This document shows, in pieces, positions 20,307 through 29,408 of a DNA stretch of 64,000 nt (position 1 is its first letter; the number at the start of each line of letters is the position of its first letter). The stretch is from Myxococcales bacterium (lineage in GTDB: Bacteria > Myxococcota_A > Polyangia > Polyangiales > DASUME01), in the NCBI GenBank assembly GCA_047601445.1, contig JASGJH010000001.1:4256001-4320000 (forward strand). Reading direction: 5' to 3'. The notes beneath the pieces were generated by a model that did no database searches, was not told the DNA's origin, and worked only from the letters and a program-made list of their open reading frames with translations. The position numbers and the translations under genes were made by a program.

Positions 20307-22954
20307 CTGATACGAAGTCGACCTTGCCGGCAGGCTCTGCGGACCTGAAACACGACGCGCTTCTCCTCGAGGCCGAGCAAACGGCTCTCCTGGGAAGGCG
20401 CATCAAGCTTGGCTTCATGTGCTTTTCGAGCGGCCTCTTGCTCGCACTCTCCGGGATGATTTTCCTGATCGTCACCCAGATATTCGACTCGCTGACACCC
20501 GCCGTACAGCGCGACCTCGAGTGGAAGGCTTCTCGCGGCGCCCTCGCGCTGAGCCGCGAAATCGAGTACGGCGCCCTCACTGAAGACGCAAAGGCGCTCG
20601 CCTCTCAGGTGGCTCACTACGCCAGTGATCCCGATGTGAACGCCATCGTCGTGGTGAGCGCAACCGGAAAGCCGCTGTACGAGCGCGGCGCGACGCCCCT
20701 CACCCGGGCGGAGTTGTTCCGAGGCAAGCCCGGGGCCATCGAGCAGTCAGGCCATGCCTACTTCTCGCACGGGGATGCCGTGATCGAGGGAGTACTCGTC
20801 GGACGGGTGGCAATCGTCGTCTCGACCGAGCGCCTGCGTGCAGGAGACCGTCTGCGCAACACCGTGCTGCTCTCGGGCGCGACCGGCTGCCTCGTCGCCC
20901 TTGCCCTTGCTCTCGCCTTCGTGAGTCTGTACGTGAGCCCGTTGCTCGAGATTGTCCGCGGTGCCTTCGCCCGGCTCGCCGAGACCACGGCGCAGGCACT
21001 CGAGGCGACCCGGCTCAAGAGCGAGTTTCTGGCGAACATGAGCCACGAGATCCGCACGCCGATGAATGGTGTGCTGGCGATGACCGACATGCTGTTGCGC
21101 ACCCAGCTCGACGCGAGACAGGCCCGCTTTGCGGACGTGGTGCGAGCCTCCGCCCGCAGCCTGCTGACGATCATCAACGACATCCTGGACTTCTCCAAGA
21201 TCGAAGCTGGCAAGTACGAACTCTCACCGAGCGACTTTGACCTACGAATCCAGGTTCAGGAGACGATGGAGCTGTTGGCTCCGCGCGCCCGGGAGAAGCA
21301 GCTCGAGTTTGCCTATCGCATCGCCCCCGACGTTCCGCGTCTGGTGCGGACGGATCCCGACCGCTTCAAACAAGTGCTGACCAACCTGCTCGGCAACGCG
21401 ATCAAGTTCACCGAGAAGGGCGAGATCGTGCTGACAATCAGCGCCGCGCGACAGGAGGGATCCCAGCTCACGCTGCGCTGCTCCGTGCGCGATACAGGCC
21501 CCGGAGTCAGCCCGCAGAACCTCCTGCGCCTGTTCAGCTCCTTCTCCCAAGTCGACGGCTCGAGCACGCGACGCTATGGCGGGACCGGCCTCGGGCTCGT
21601 CATCTCCAGAAAGCTAGCGGAGCTCATGGGTGGCACCGTCACCGTCGACAGCAAGCTGGGTGAGGGAAGCACCTTCGTCTTCAGCGCGCAAGCTGTGGAG
21701 GTCTCGAAGCCAGAGGTCCACCCCGCGAGCGCCCAAGCCGGCAAGCGAGTACTGATCGTGGACGACAGCGCGTTGGTGCGTGGTCTACTCGAAGAGCAGC
21801 TAGTGTACTGGGGGATGCGCTGTGTCAGCGTGGACAGCGCCGCTGACGCCATGCTGTGTATCGAGCGCGCCCTGATGGAAGGTACGCCCTTCGACGCGGT
21901 GCTGCTGGACGCCGAACTGCCAGCACAAGAAGGGCTCGAACTCGCTCGCGCTGTCGTCACGAGCCCAATGACTCTACCGCTCGTCTTGATGACCACGGAG
22001 AGCGATTCGAACCGCCCTCCAGCGCTGCAAAGGCTGCCCACCCTCGCCAAGCCGCTGCGGGAGTCGGACCTTTTCGATCGCCTGATGGACGCGTTTCACC
22101 TCCCCCGCGGCCAGGCGCAGGGCGCGGCGATGCAGGTCGGACAACGCCGCAAACAGCTGTGCGGACGGGTGCTCGCAGTAGATGACAACGAGATCAATCA
22201 GGCCGTGGCGGAGGAGCTGCTTGCCGAACTCGGACTCGAGGCGGACGTAGTGAGCAATGGGCTCGAGGCGTTTCACGCCGTGCAAAAGCACCGCTACGGG
22301 GTCGTCTTGATGGACTGTCAGATGCCCGTCATGGACGGCTATGCCGCTGCACGCGCCATTCGCGGGTGGGAAGCGGAACACCAGGCACCACGAACGCCCA
22401 TCGTTGCACTGACAGCCCACGCTCTGTCGGGAGAGCGCGAGAAGGTGTTGGCGGCCGGCATGGACGATTACCTGACGAAGCCCATCCCGGTGCGCTCGTT
22501 GGAAGCAACGCTGACGCGGTTCTTGTCGGGCGTACCAGCACCGGTCGCACCGCTGAAGGAAGACATCAGCGCACAGGATGAACGGCGTGTGCCGCTCGTT
22601 GCCCGACCTGAGAACGACGCGACCAGTGAGCTGCTGGCGCCGGACGCGCCGCGCTCCACACGCGTCATCGAGCTCTTTCTGACACGCGTTCCAGACCAAA
22701 TTGCGGACCTCTCGCATGCCGTCGCGAGCACCGACGCGGGACGGGTCCGGTCGGTCGCCCACAAGCTCAAGGGCAGCTGCACGAGCGTGGGCGCCGCGCC
22801 CATGGCGATGCTGTGCGAGCAGATGGATCACGACGCATCGTCAGGCGATCTGAGTCGCGCGAGTGAGCGCGCAAGCAAGCTCACGACCTTGTTCTCCGAG
22901 ACGGCCCGTCTACTCGAGCAGGAGATGCAGCGGAGTAAAAGCGCGTCTGCCTGA
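20303..22954 (+). CDS. membrane hybrid histidine kinase (BarA-like architecture, 2xREC, Hpt)
   Basis: SHEIRTPMNG, LDFSKIEAG, GNAIKFT, GGTGLGL, LMDCQMP, Hpt AHKLKGSCTSVGA; periplasmic domain homologous to that of 14696..17233. Confidence 0.93.
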   Translation: MTDTKSTLPAGSADLKHDALLLEAEQTALLGRRIKLGFMCFSSGLLLALSGMIFLIVTQIFDSLTPAVQRDLEWKASRGALALSREIEYGALTEDAKALASQVAHYASDPDVNAIVVVSATGKPLYERGATPLTRAELFRGKPGAIEQSGHAYFSHGDAVIEGVLVGRVAIVVSTERLRAGDRLRNTVLLSGATGCLVALALALAFVSLYVSPLLEIVRGAFARLAETTAQALEATRLKSEFLANMSHEIRTPMNGVLAMTDMLLRTQLDARQARFADVVRASARSLLTIINDILDFSKIEAGKYELSPSDFDLRIQVQETMELLAPRAREKQLEFAYRIAPDVPRLVRTDPDRFKQVLTNLLGNAIKFTEKGEIVLTISAARQEGSQLTLRCSVRDTGPGVSPQNLLRLFSSFSQVDGSSTRRYGGTGLGLVISRKLAELMGGTVTVDSKLGEGSTFVFSAQAVEVSKPEVHPASAQAGKRVLIVDDSALVRGLLEEQLVYWGMRCVSVDSAADAMLCIERALMEGTPFDAVLLDAELPAQEGLELARAVVTSPMTLPLVLMTTESDSNRPPALQRLPTLAKPLRESDLFDRLMDAFHLPRGQAQGAAMQVGQRRKQLCGRVLAVDDNEINQAVAEELLAELGLEADVVSNGLEAFHAVQKHRYGVVLMDCQMPVMDGYAAARAIRGWEAEHQAPRTPIVALTAHALSGEREKVLAAGMDDYLTKPIPVRSLEATLTRFLSGVPAPVAPLKEDISAQDERRVPLVARPENDATSELLAPDAPRSTRVIELFLTRVPDQIADLSHAVASTDAGRVRSVAHKLKGSCTSVGAAPMAMLCEQMDHDASSGDLSRASERASKLTTLFSETARLLEQEMQRSKSASA

Positions 22955-23031
22955 TGAAGGCTCGCGAAGGGTACTTGGACGAAAGTTTTGCTCAGGTCAC
23001 GGATACCTGAGCTGAAGTGGGGAGGGACAAC

Positions 23032-23460
23032 GTGATGATGTGGTGGGCGCGACCCCTGGCTGGGGTCGTTTGGGTTGGGTGCGCTTGCGCGTGCCTCTAC
23101 GACGCAGACAACCGTTGCGGATCGCACCAGGTGTTGATCGACGACAGTTGCGTGTGTGAAACCGGCTACGCGCTGGAGGGCAACGCCTGCGAGATGCAGC
23201 CTCGAGCGGGCGTCGGAAACGACGCGGGAACAGGGGGCGACGATATAGCGTCGCGCTATACGGGCCAGAAGGAGCCCTGCGCTGCCGACGCTGACTGTGC
23301 AGACTTCGACGCCACCTTCTGCGACACGCGGAACAACTACTGTGTGGTGCCAGACTGCATGGACGGGAGCTGCGACCAGGGCTGGACGTGCACGGACCTG
23401 TCCGAGTTCATGCCGGGCTTGCCCAAGGTTTGCACCTTCGACGCGGACCGGCCGTCATGA
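23032..23460 (+). CDS. Cys-rich (EGF-like) putative lipoprotein
   Basis: GGAGG RBS, hydrophobic N-terminus ending CACAC, CVCETGY..C EGF-like motif, many cysteines; ATGA overlap with the porin gene. Confidence 0.7.
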   Translation: MMMWWARPLAGVVWVGCACACLYDADNRCGSHQVLIDDSCVCETGYALEGNACEMQPRAGVGNDAGTGGDDIASRYTGQKEPCAADADCADFDATFCDTRNNYCVVPDCMDGSCDQGWTCTDLSEFMPGLPKVCTFDADRPS

Positions 23461-24809
23461 CGCGGAATCCGCGCACATGGACGACTGTTCGGCGAGTCGG
23501 ATGCGCTCTCATGTGCCTCGGGTTGGCGGCGGCCGAAGCGCCAGCGTCGGCACAGGACGTTCGAGCGTCGCAAGCACCGGAGCCCCCGCCTGCAGGGGTG
23601 ACCAGCGAGGACCAAGCAGCGCTCGACACGCTGCTCGACGACGACTCGAGCGCTGAGAGTGAGCGTCCGAACCTTTCGCTCTACGGCTTCGCGGACGCCT
23701 CGGTCGAACGGATGTACTCGACCGGCAAGGGACCGAGCCTCGCAGAGTCGCCCGTCTTCACTGTGGGCAACGTCAACGTGTACCTGGCCAGCAACCTCAC
23801 GCACGGTTTCTCGAGCCTGATCGAGGTTCGCTTCTCGTACTTGCCCAACGGGACGGCCGGAGCGTCTGGCAGCTACGAGACGACCAGCGCTGCGGACTCG
23901 GCCAACTTCGGGCGCACGGAGCAGTGGGGAGGCATCGTCTTGCAGCGCGTGCACCTCGACTACAGCTTTCGCGGTTGGCTCAACGTGCGCGTCGGTCAGT
24001 TCCTGACGCCTTATGGGATTTGGAACGTGGACCACGGCAGCCCCACCATCATCGGCACCAACAAGCCCTACGTGGTCGGCGATGGCCTCTTCCCGCAACG
24101 TCAAACGGGCCTGGAGGTGTTTGGCTCCCGGCTATTCGGCGCTACGACCCTGGGCTATCACGTCACGGTCTCCAACGGCCGCAGCGACGTCCTGAACTCC
24201 GATTTCGACAAGAACAAAGCCTTGGGTGGGCGCCTGTTCTTGGCGAGCGATGCGATCGGCGCGTTCAAGCTTGGTGTCTCGGCATATGGGGGTCGCGCCA
24301 CCATGCAGCCCTACTCAGGGCTCGACACCACGTCGACACCTCCCTTGCCGGCCAAGCTCTCGGACAATCAGTACGACGAGCTAGCATTGGCAGGAGACCT
24401 TCAGTGGGATCTCGGGAACCTGCATCTGCAGGGGGAAGGCATCCTGCGTCAGGTTCGCTATCTCGAGGCAGGCCGCAAGACACAGACGGACTTCACCGGG
24501 GCACTCACGGGTCTCGTGCCCGACAACCTGCGCTGGGGTTGGTACGGCCTCGCGGGATATCGTCTACCGTGGCTCGCCGCGATGCCCTTCGTCTTGGTGG
24601 AGCAAAATTGCGGAATCGCCGGCAGCAGTCCGACTGGCGCGTTCTTCGATCCTGCAGGCCGCATTCTCACGCTCACGGGCGGACTCAACGTGCGGCCGGT
24701 ACCGAGCGTGGTGTTGAAAGTGCAAGCGACCTGGATCAAGCCCCCGGCCGACGGGCCAGGGGCCGGCTCCCTAACGGCCGTTTCCGGCCAGGCAGCGTGG
24801 GCATTCTAA
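23457..24809 (+). CDS. outer-membrane beta-barrel / porin-like protein (paralogue of 11338..12681)
   Basis: Signal peptide; shared motifs GNVNVYLA, EVRFSYLPNG, GQFLTPYGIWNVDHGSP, NKALGGR; ends QAAWAF. Confidence 0.78.
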   Translation: MTRNPRTWTTVRRVGCALMCLGLAAAEAPASAQDVRASQAPEPPPAGVTSEDQAALDTLLDDDSSAESERPNLSLYGFADASVERMYSTGKGPSLAESPVFTVGNVNVYLASNLTHGFSSLIEVRFSYLPNGTAGASGSYETTSAADSANFGRTEQWGGIVLQRVHLDYSFRGWLNVRVGQFLTPYGIWNVDHGSPTIIGTNKPYVVGDGLFPQRQTGLEVFGSRLFGATTLGYHVTVSNGRSDVLNSDFDKNKALGGRLFLASDAIGAFKLGVSAYGGRATMQPYSGLDTTSTPPLPAKLSDNQYDELALAGDLQWDLGNLHLQGEGILRQVRYLEAGRKTQTDFTGALTGLVPDNLRWGWYGLAGYRLPWLAAMPFVLVEQNCGIAGSSPTGAFFDPAGRILTLTGGLNVRPVPSVVLKVQATWIKPPADGPGAGSLTAVSGQAAWAF

Positions 24810-25324
24810 TGCGATTTTTTTTCCACATCCTCAAGGCAACCATGCTCGGCCTCGTGGTCATCACGCTGGTGACCGATGGCTCCCTCGCGCTCGCATCGGC
24901 CCAGCCGACAGTGAGTGGACCGACGCCCCTGGTCGTGATCGTATCCGCTCGTTCGGGCATCCACGATCTACCTAAAGCTCTGCTGAAGCGCATTTTCCTG
25001 GGCGAAGCCTCCGAGTACCAAGGCACACGCTTCGTTCCTCTCAACTACGTCGTGAGTGACCCGGTCCGTCGCGCATTCGACGAGATGCTGCTGGGTTTTG
25101 CCGGCGATGCGGCTGGTCGGTACTGGGTCGACCGCCGCATACGCGGACAGGGGCTCCCCCCACGGATCGCCCCGTCGAGTGCCGTCGTGCGCGTCGCCGT
25201 GGCCAAGCTCCCCGGAGCCATCGGCTACGTGCGTCCCGCGGACCTGGATGCGTCCGTGCGCGCGGTGACCGTGGATGGCTTGCCATACACGGCGGCAGAC
25301 TACGCGCTGCGGGCCTCGCGCTAG
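24809..25324 (+). CDS. small PstS-like periplasmic protein (paralogue of 10833..11330)
   Basis: TAATG overlap; MRFFFHILK signal, LVVIVS, LKRIFLG, YWVDRRIRGQGLPP, VAKLPGAIGYV, VDG. The ORF track extends this frame upstream to 23924 as a shadow. Confidence 0.75.
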   Translation: MRFFFHILKATMLGLVVITLVTDGSLALASAQPTVSGPTPLVVIVSARSGIHDLPKALLKRIFLGEASEYQGTRFVPLNYVVSDPVRRAFDEMLLGFAGDAAGRYWVDRRIRGQGLPPRIAPSSAVVRVAVAKLPGAIGYVRPADLDASVRAVTVDGLPYTAADYALRASR

Positions 25325-25373
25325 GCAAACCGCGCGGTCAAGGCTGTCAACGAAAGAAGGTCGGGCGGACACG

Positions 25374-26327
25374 ATGGCGGACGCTCAACGCGAGCACACA
25401 TCGCTACTATTCAGCTGGCTACCTCGCGCGCTCACGAAGCCTCAGGAGCCGCCGACCTTACGGAACCCGCTGCTGGAGAGTCGTATGTTCGTGTCGACGC
25501 TGGTCGTGAAGGGGATCGCGACCGAACTTCAACGGCATGGTCACGACACCTCGGCCTGGCTGCGTCGTGCAAAGCTCGAGCCCCCTGACTCGCCTGGCGC
25601 GCCGACCCATATAGACGTCCGCGCGTGCGCCGACCTCGCCGAGGAGGCCGCGCGTGCTCTCGATGATCCCGCTCTCGGTCTGACCATCGCGTCGCGAGAG
25701 CACGCGTTCACCTTTCATTTGCTCGGCTACATGCTGCTGTCGTCTCGCAATCTTCTCGAGGCATTCAGGCTGTGCCAGAAATACTCCTGCCTCGTCATGG
25801 ACAATCTGCGGTTCGAGGTGGTGGATCTCGGTGCGCGCACTCATCTTCGTTTCGAGGTGCTCGCGGCCGGCGACTCCGCGTTCGCTCATTTTTGCGAAGA
25901 TCTCACGGTCGCGCTCGTCTATCGCTTGATCATGCACCAGGTCCCAGGCGCACCAGCGCCAGAGGTATGGTTGAGCCGCCCACGGCCCGATCGAACTGCG
26001 CGCTATCACGAGCTCTTCTCGGGCCGGGTGCGCTTCGGAGCAAGTCGCTGCGAGGTCCTCGTCGCGCGGGACCTTCTGGAAATCCGGCAGTCCCACGGTG
26101 ACCCGCACGTTCTCGAGTGGCTGAAGAAAGCTGCCGACGCGGCTCTTCTACGGGACCGTTCGGCCGTGTCCACCATGACCGAGCGGGTGCGAATGGTGCT
26201 TGCGAAGGAACCTGACGGCCGCACGCCGCTTGCCCACGAGAATCGCTGCCCAGCTGGGTGTCGGCGCGCGCGGGCTCCGGAGGCACCTTCGCGACGAAGG
26301 GAGCAGCGTTCGAGCTCTTCTCGATGA
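25374..26327 (+). CDS. AraC-family regulator, ligand-binding part (frameshifted before the HTH)
   Basis: LDDPALGL, LLGYMLLSSRNLLEA, YHELFSGRVRFG; frame drifts after LAKEP (~26210). Confidence 0.8.
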   Translation: MADAQREHTSLLFSWLPRALTKPQEPPTLRNPLLESRMFVSTLVVKGIATELQRHGHDTSAWLRRAKLEPPDSPGAPTHIDVRACADLAEEAARALDDPALGLTIASREHAFTFHLLGYMLLSSRNLLEAFRLCQKYSCLVMDNLRFEVVDLGARTHLRFEVLAAGDSAFAHFCEDLTVALVYRLIMHQVPGAPAPEVWLSRPRPDRTARYHELFSGRVRFGASRCEVLVARDLLEIRQSHGDPHVLEWLKKAADAALLRDRSAVSTMTERVRMVLAKEPDGRTPLAHENRCPAGCRRARAPEAPSRRREQRSSSSR

Positions 26328-26538
26328 ACATCGCATGCGAGCCGCCCGCGCCATCCTTGCGATGCCCAATACGACCGTGAAGGAGACCGCCGAGCGCCTC
26401 GGCTACTCGGAGCCGAGCGCCTTCCACCGTGCATTCAAGCGGTGGACCGGCTCGACCCCCCACGACTTCTTGATTGCGCAGCGCGGGCATGGCGCCCCCC
26501 GTCCCCTGGAGCCCGGGCGTCCGAGCCCACTGCTCTAG
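26200..26538 (+). CDS. AraC HTH part of the frameshifted regulator
   Basis: IAAQLGVGARGLRRHLRDEG...AERLGYSEPSAFHRAFKRWTGSTP. Confidence 0.8.
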   Translation: MRRNLTAARRLPTRIAAQLGVGARGLRRHLRDEGSSVRALLDEHRMRAARAILAMPNTTVKETAERLGYSEPSAFHRAFKRWTGSTPHDFLIAQRGHGAPRPLEPGRPSPLL

Positions 26539-26673
26539 GCCAGGCGGCATCTCGCGAAGGAACACTGTTCAGGCGCCTGTCACGAGTCCGTGCGCCCAGT
26601 GTCATTCCATCAAACGAGAGTAGCGGGCAATGTCCCCGTACCTGCTCCGGCACCACGCTCCAAGGAGTCTCGG

Positions 26674-28245
26674 ATGCATAGCCACGTGCGTTGGGCGCCT
26701 CCGGTTGCGCTCTCTCTCTCCGTTCTGATCACCCAAGCTTCCCTTTCAAGCTGCGTGGATGACAAGCTTCCCCCGTCCAGCTGCGGCAGCTCCACAGCAT
26801 GTGCCGCCACCGAGCAGTCCTCAAAGAAGCTGCCCTGCGACGTCCAGACATTGCTGACCGATCGCTGCGGCGAGTGCCATGGCACCCGCAACGAGCATCC
26901 CGCTCCCATGAAGCTGGTGAGCTGGGATGACCTGCATGCGGACGCGCCGACCCTCGACGCAAAAGTCTACGATGCTGTGCTCACGCGCGTGACCAGTAAG
27001 CAGAAGCCGATGCCACCCATGCCCTACGAGGCGCTCACTGAAAGCGAGGTCGCCACTCTGAAGCAGTGGGTAGAAGAGGGGGCGCCTGCGCGCAAATCCG
27101 GCCTATCTTGCACGGGCGACGATGACGATCGAAATCATGGAGATGGAGATGGTGACGGCGACGATGTGGATGCTACCGGCGATGGTGATGTCAGCCCTGG
27201 CGACGGCGGCACTGATCCTGGCGACCATCCCCCTCCAAGCTACGAGGCCACGGATCGGAGTGGTGGGCCGGACGACTGCGATACCTACTACGAGCTACGC
27301 GCGCACGGGAAGCAGGTGGACTACGACAACACGCCGTTCAAGGTGAACGCCAACCTGGGCAACGACGGAAATCAATATCACTGCTTCTACTTCAAGGCCC
27401 CCTACAGCCAGGGCGACGATGGTCTTTGGTTCAAACCATTGATCGACAAGAGCAAGATTCTCCACCATTGGCTCCTGTATGGAACCGATTCGCTGCCATA
27501 TCCATCTGGCTCTTCCGCGCCCTGCAGCGCGGCAGAGCCGGGTGCCTACCTGCTGGCCGGCTGGGCGCCGGGGGCTGCTGAAACGACCATGCCGGAGGGC
27601 GTCGGCATGCAGATGCCGGGCGGCATCGGCGGGTTGATCCTCGAAGTCCACTACTACAATCCTGGTGCGGAATCCTTCGAGGACCGCAGCGGCGTAAAGT
27701 TCTGCACTGCCCCCGAGAAAGCACGCGAGCACGAGGCAGCCGTTCACTTCACGGGGGGTGAAGGCATCTGTTTGCCGCCGCAAACGACCCACGACGTGGT
27801 CGGAATTTGCGAGCCTCCCGACAACGTCGGCGACATTCACATCATCAACATCTGGCCGCACATGCACAAGCTTGGGATTCGCATGGAGGTGAACCTGTAC
27901 CGCGCAAACGGTGCGAAGGAAGTCTTGCACGACAAGCCGTTCAACTTCGACAACCAGATCGGCTATCCGAAGGATGTCGTCCTCAAGCCCGGGGATCGAC
28001 TCGAGACCATCTGCCACTATGAGAACACCACGGACCGCTACGTCCCGTTCGGCGAAAAGACACAAACCGAGATGTGCTACGGGTTTATCACCGCGTGGCC
28101 TGCTGCGGCGCTCACGACGGACCCGCTGACGTACAACCCCATTGATGTCATCGGCACGGGTATCCAGCCGGCCAGGCGTTGCCTCGACCCCGATGGGATC
28201 TTCGGGAGCTGCAACGGGCTCGCGGACTATCCTTTGCCACGCTGA
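26674..28245 (+). CDS. lipoprotein: c-type cytochrome domain fused to copper type II (PHM/DBH-like) monooxygenase
   Basis: AAGGAG RBS; LSSC lipobox; CGECH haem motif with PMPP; copper ligands LHHW, EVHY, PHMH, EMC. Confidence 0.82.
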   Translation: MHSHVRWAPPVALSLSVLITQASLSSCVDDKLPPSSCGSSTACAATEQSSKKLPCDVQTLLTDRCGECHGTRNEHPAPMKLVSWDDLHADAPTLDAKVYDAVLTRVTSKQKPMPPMPYEALTESEVATLKQWVEEGAPARKSGLSCTGDDDDRNHGDGDGDGDDVDATGDGDVSPGDGGTDPGDHPPPSYEATDRSGGPDDCDTYYELRAHGKQVDYDNTPFKVNANLGNDGNQYHCFYFKAPYSQGDDGLWFKPLIDKSKILHHWLLYGTDSLPYPSGSSAPCSAAEPGAYLLAGWAPGAAETTMPEGVGMQMPGGIGGLILEVHYYNPGAESFEDRSGVKFCTAPEKAREHEAAVHFTGGEGICLPPQTTHDVVGICEPPDNVGDIHIINIWPHMHKLGIRMEVNLYRANGAKEVLHDKPFNFDNQIGYPKDVVLKPGDRLETICHYENTTDRYVPFGEKTQTEMCYGFITAWPAAALTTDPLTYNPIDVIGTGIQPARRCLDPDGIFGSCNGLADYPLPR

Positions 28246-28300
28246 AACCGGTCGGCGTGGCGCCGAGTGTATATCCGGCGTGGCGTCAGGTTGGGACCCG

Positions 28301-29185
28301 TCAAAGATCCGCCTGGCGGAAGTCGCTCGCGCCCGTCGGCTTCACGCTGAGGAACGGCTTGTACCGCGAATCACCCACCAGGTAGACCTCTAGCCACGAC
28401 AGACCGAAGCGCCCGATGGCACCACTTTCGTTGGCGGGATCGTTTCCGACCCAGTGATCGCCATTTTCCACCTGATAGATGAGGCGAGGATTGGTTTCCA
28501 TGCTGTCGTACATCGGCTGCGACTGCCCCCCTGCCAGATTGTCGATGGGAGCGTTTCCCCCGGCGATGAGCATGCATGGGACTTTCATCGCTGGAAACGT
28601 GAAGGTCCCCCAGGAAGCAAGACCGACGGCTGCCTTGAGCTCGGGATGTTCGCTGGCTGCAAGCAGCGCTCCACCTCCACCCATCGACCAGCCCATCACG
28701 CCGAGGCGTTCAAGATCCAACTTGCCCTGGAGAGGACTCTGGTCGCGGGTTTGCTCCGCCCTGACGGTTTCCAGCGCATCGAGCAGCGCCTCCTTCCGTT
28801 CGTCGGGGAAGTCCGTCGTAGGGTTGTTGGTGCCGATCGTGATGGCCACGATCCCATGGGAGGCTAGAAAAGGGCCCCAGTCAGCGATGTCGCCTTCGCT
28901 CGACGCAAAACCGGGAACGATCGCCACCGCGGCAAAAGGCGGCGTGCCGTCTTCCGGATACCACATGGTCTGCGACCCGTAGTCGGGGCCATCGCGCAGC
29001 CCCTCCGCCTGGCCGTAGCTCCTCACGGCGAGCATCCCCATCCTGCTCGCCGAAATCGCGGTTGGTCCCTCTTCCGTCGATGCGTCCACAACCTCATGTC
29101 CCATCGCCGGCAGACTGCCGGGCGGATCACTGCCGCAAGCAAGGAGAAGTAGTGAAGTGAGAGAGGGCAATGGTGCTGGTCGCAA
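28301..29185 (-). CDS. PETase/cutinase-like (dienelactone-hydrolase fold) lipoprotein esterase
   Basis: LLLAC lipobox; AIVPGF, WGPFLASHG, GVMGWSMGGGG, LASW, PID, NGDH, GDSRY; collinear with bacterial polyester hydrolases as I recall them. Confidence 0.85.
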   Translation of the reverse strand: MRPAPLPSLTSLLLLACGSDPPGSLPAMGHEVVDASTEEGPTAISASRMGMLAVRSYGQAEGLRDGPDYGSQTMWYPEDGTPPFAAVAIVPGFASSEGDIADWGPFLASHGIVAITIGTNNPTTDFPDERKEALLDALETVRAEQTRDQSPLQGKLDLERLGVMGWSMGGGGALLAASEHPELKAAVGLASWGTFTFPAMKVPCMLIAGGNAPIDNLAGGQSQPMYDSMETNPRLIYQVENGDHWVGNDPANESGAIGRFGLSWLEVYLVGDSRYKPFLSVKPTGASDFRQADL

Positions 29186-29408
29186 GCTTCACAGCTCCTG
29201 AGCGTTTGGTGAACTGGACGGAAACGCATGGTCGATGATGACGGGCGCCGCGGCGCTCGAGTCCGAAGCATCATCATCAGGATGGATATCCGATCGAACG
29301 CGGGGCAAGCAATGACATCAGGTCGTTGCAGGATTGACTAGATGGAGGCTCCTTTCGCGGCAGCGAAACGACACTTACCTGGTACACGAACCGAGTCGCG
29401 TTGGCCGC

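Noticed and set aside
19523..20617. 364-aa minus-strand ORF
   Set aside because: Antisense shadow of the response regulator and kinase; Ser/Arg-rich with no motifs.
23924..24808. Long N-terminal extension of the 466-aa ORF
   Set aside because: Off-frame overlap with the porin; the real gene starts at ATG 24809.
29150..29195. Alternative GTG start (VKLATSTIALS) with a 2-bp slip in a CT repeat for the PETase-like gene
   Set aside because: Would give a good signal peptide, but the in-frame TTG has better RBS spacing; cannot be resolved without reads.
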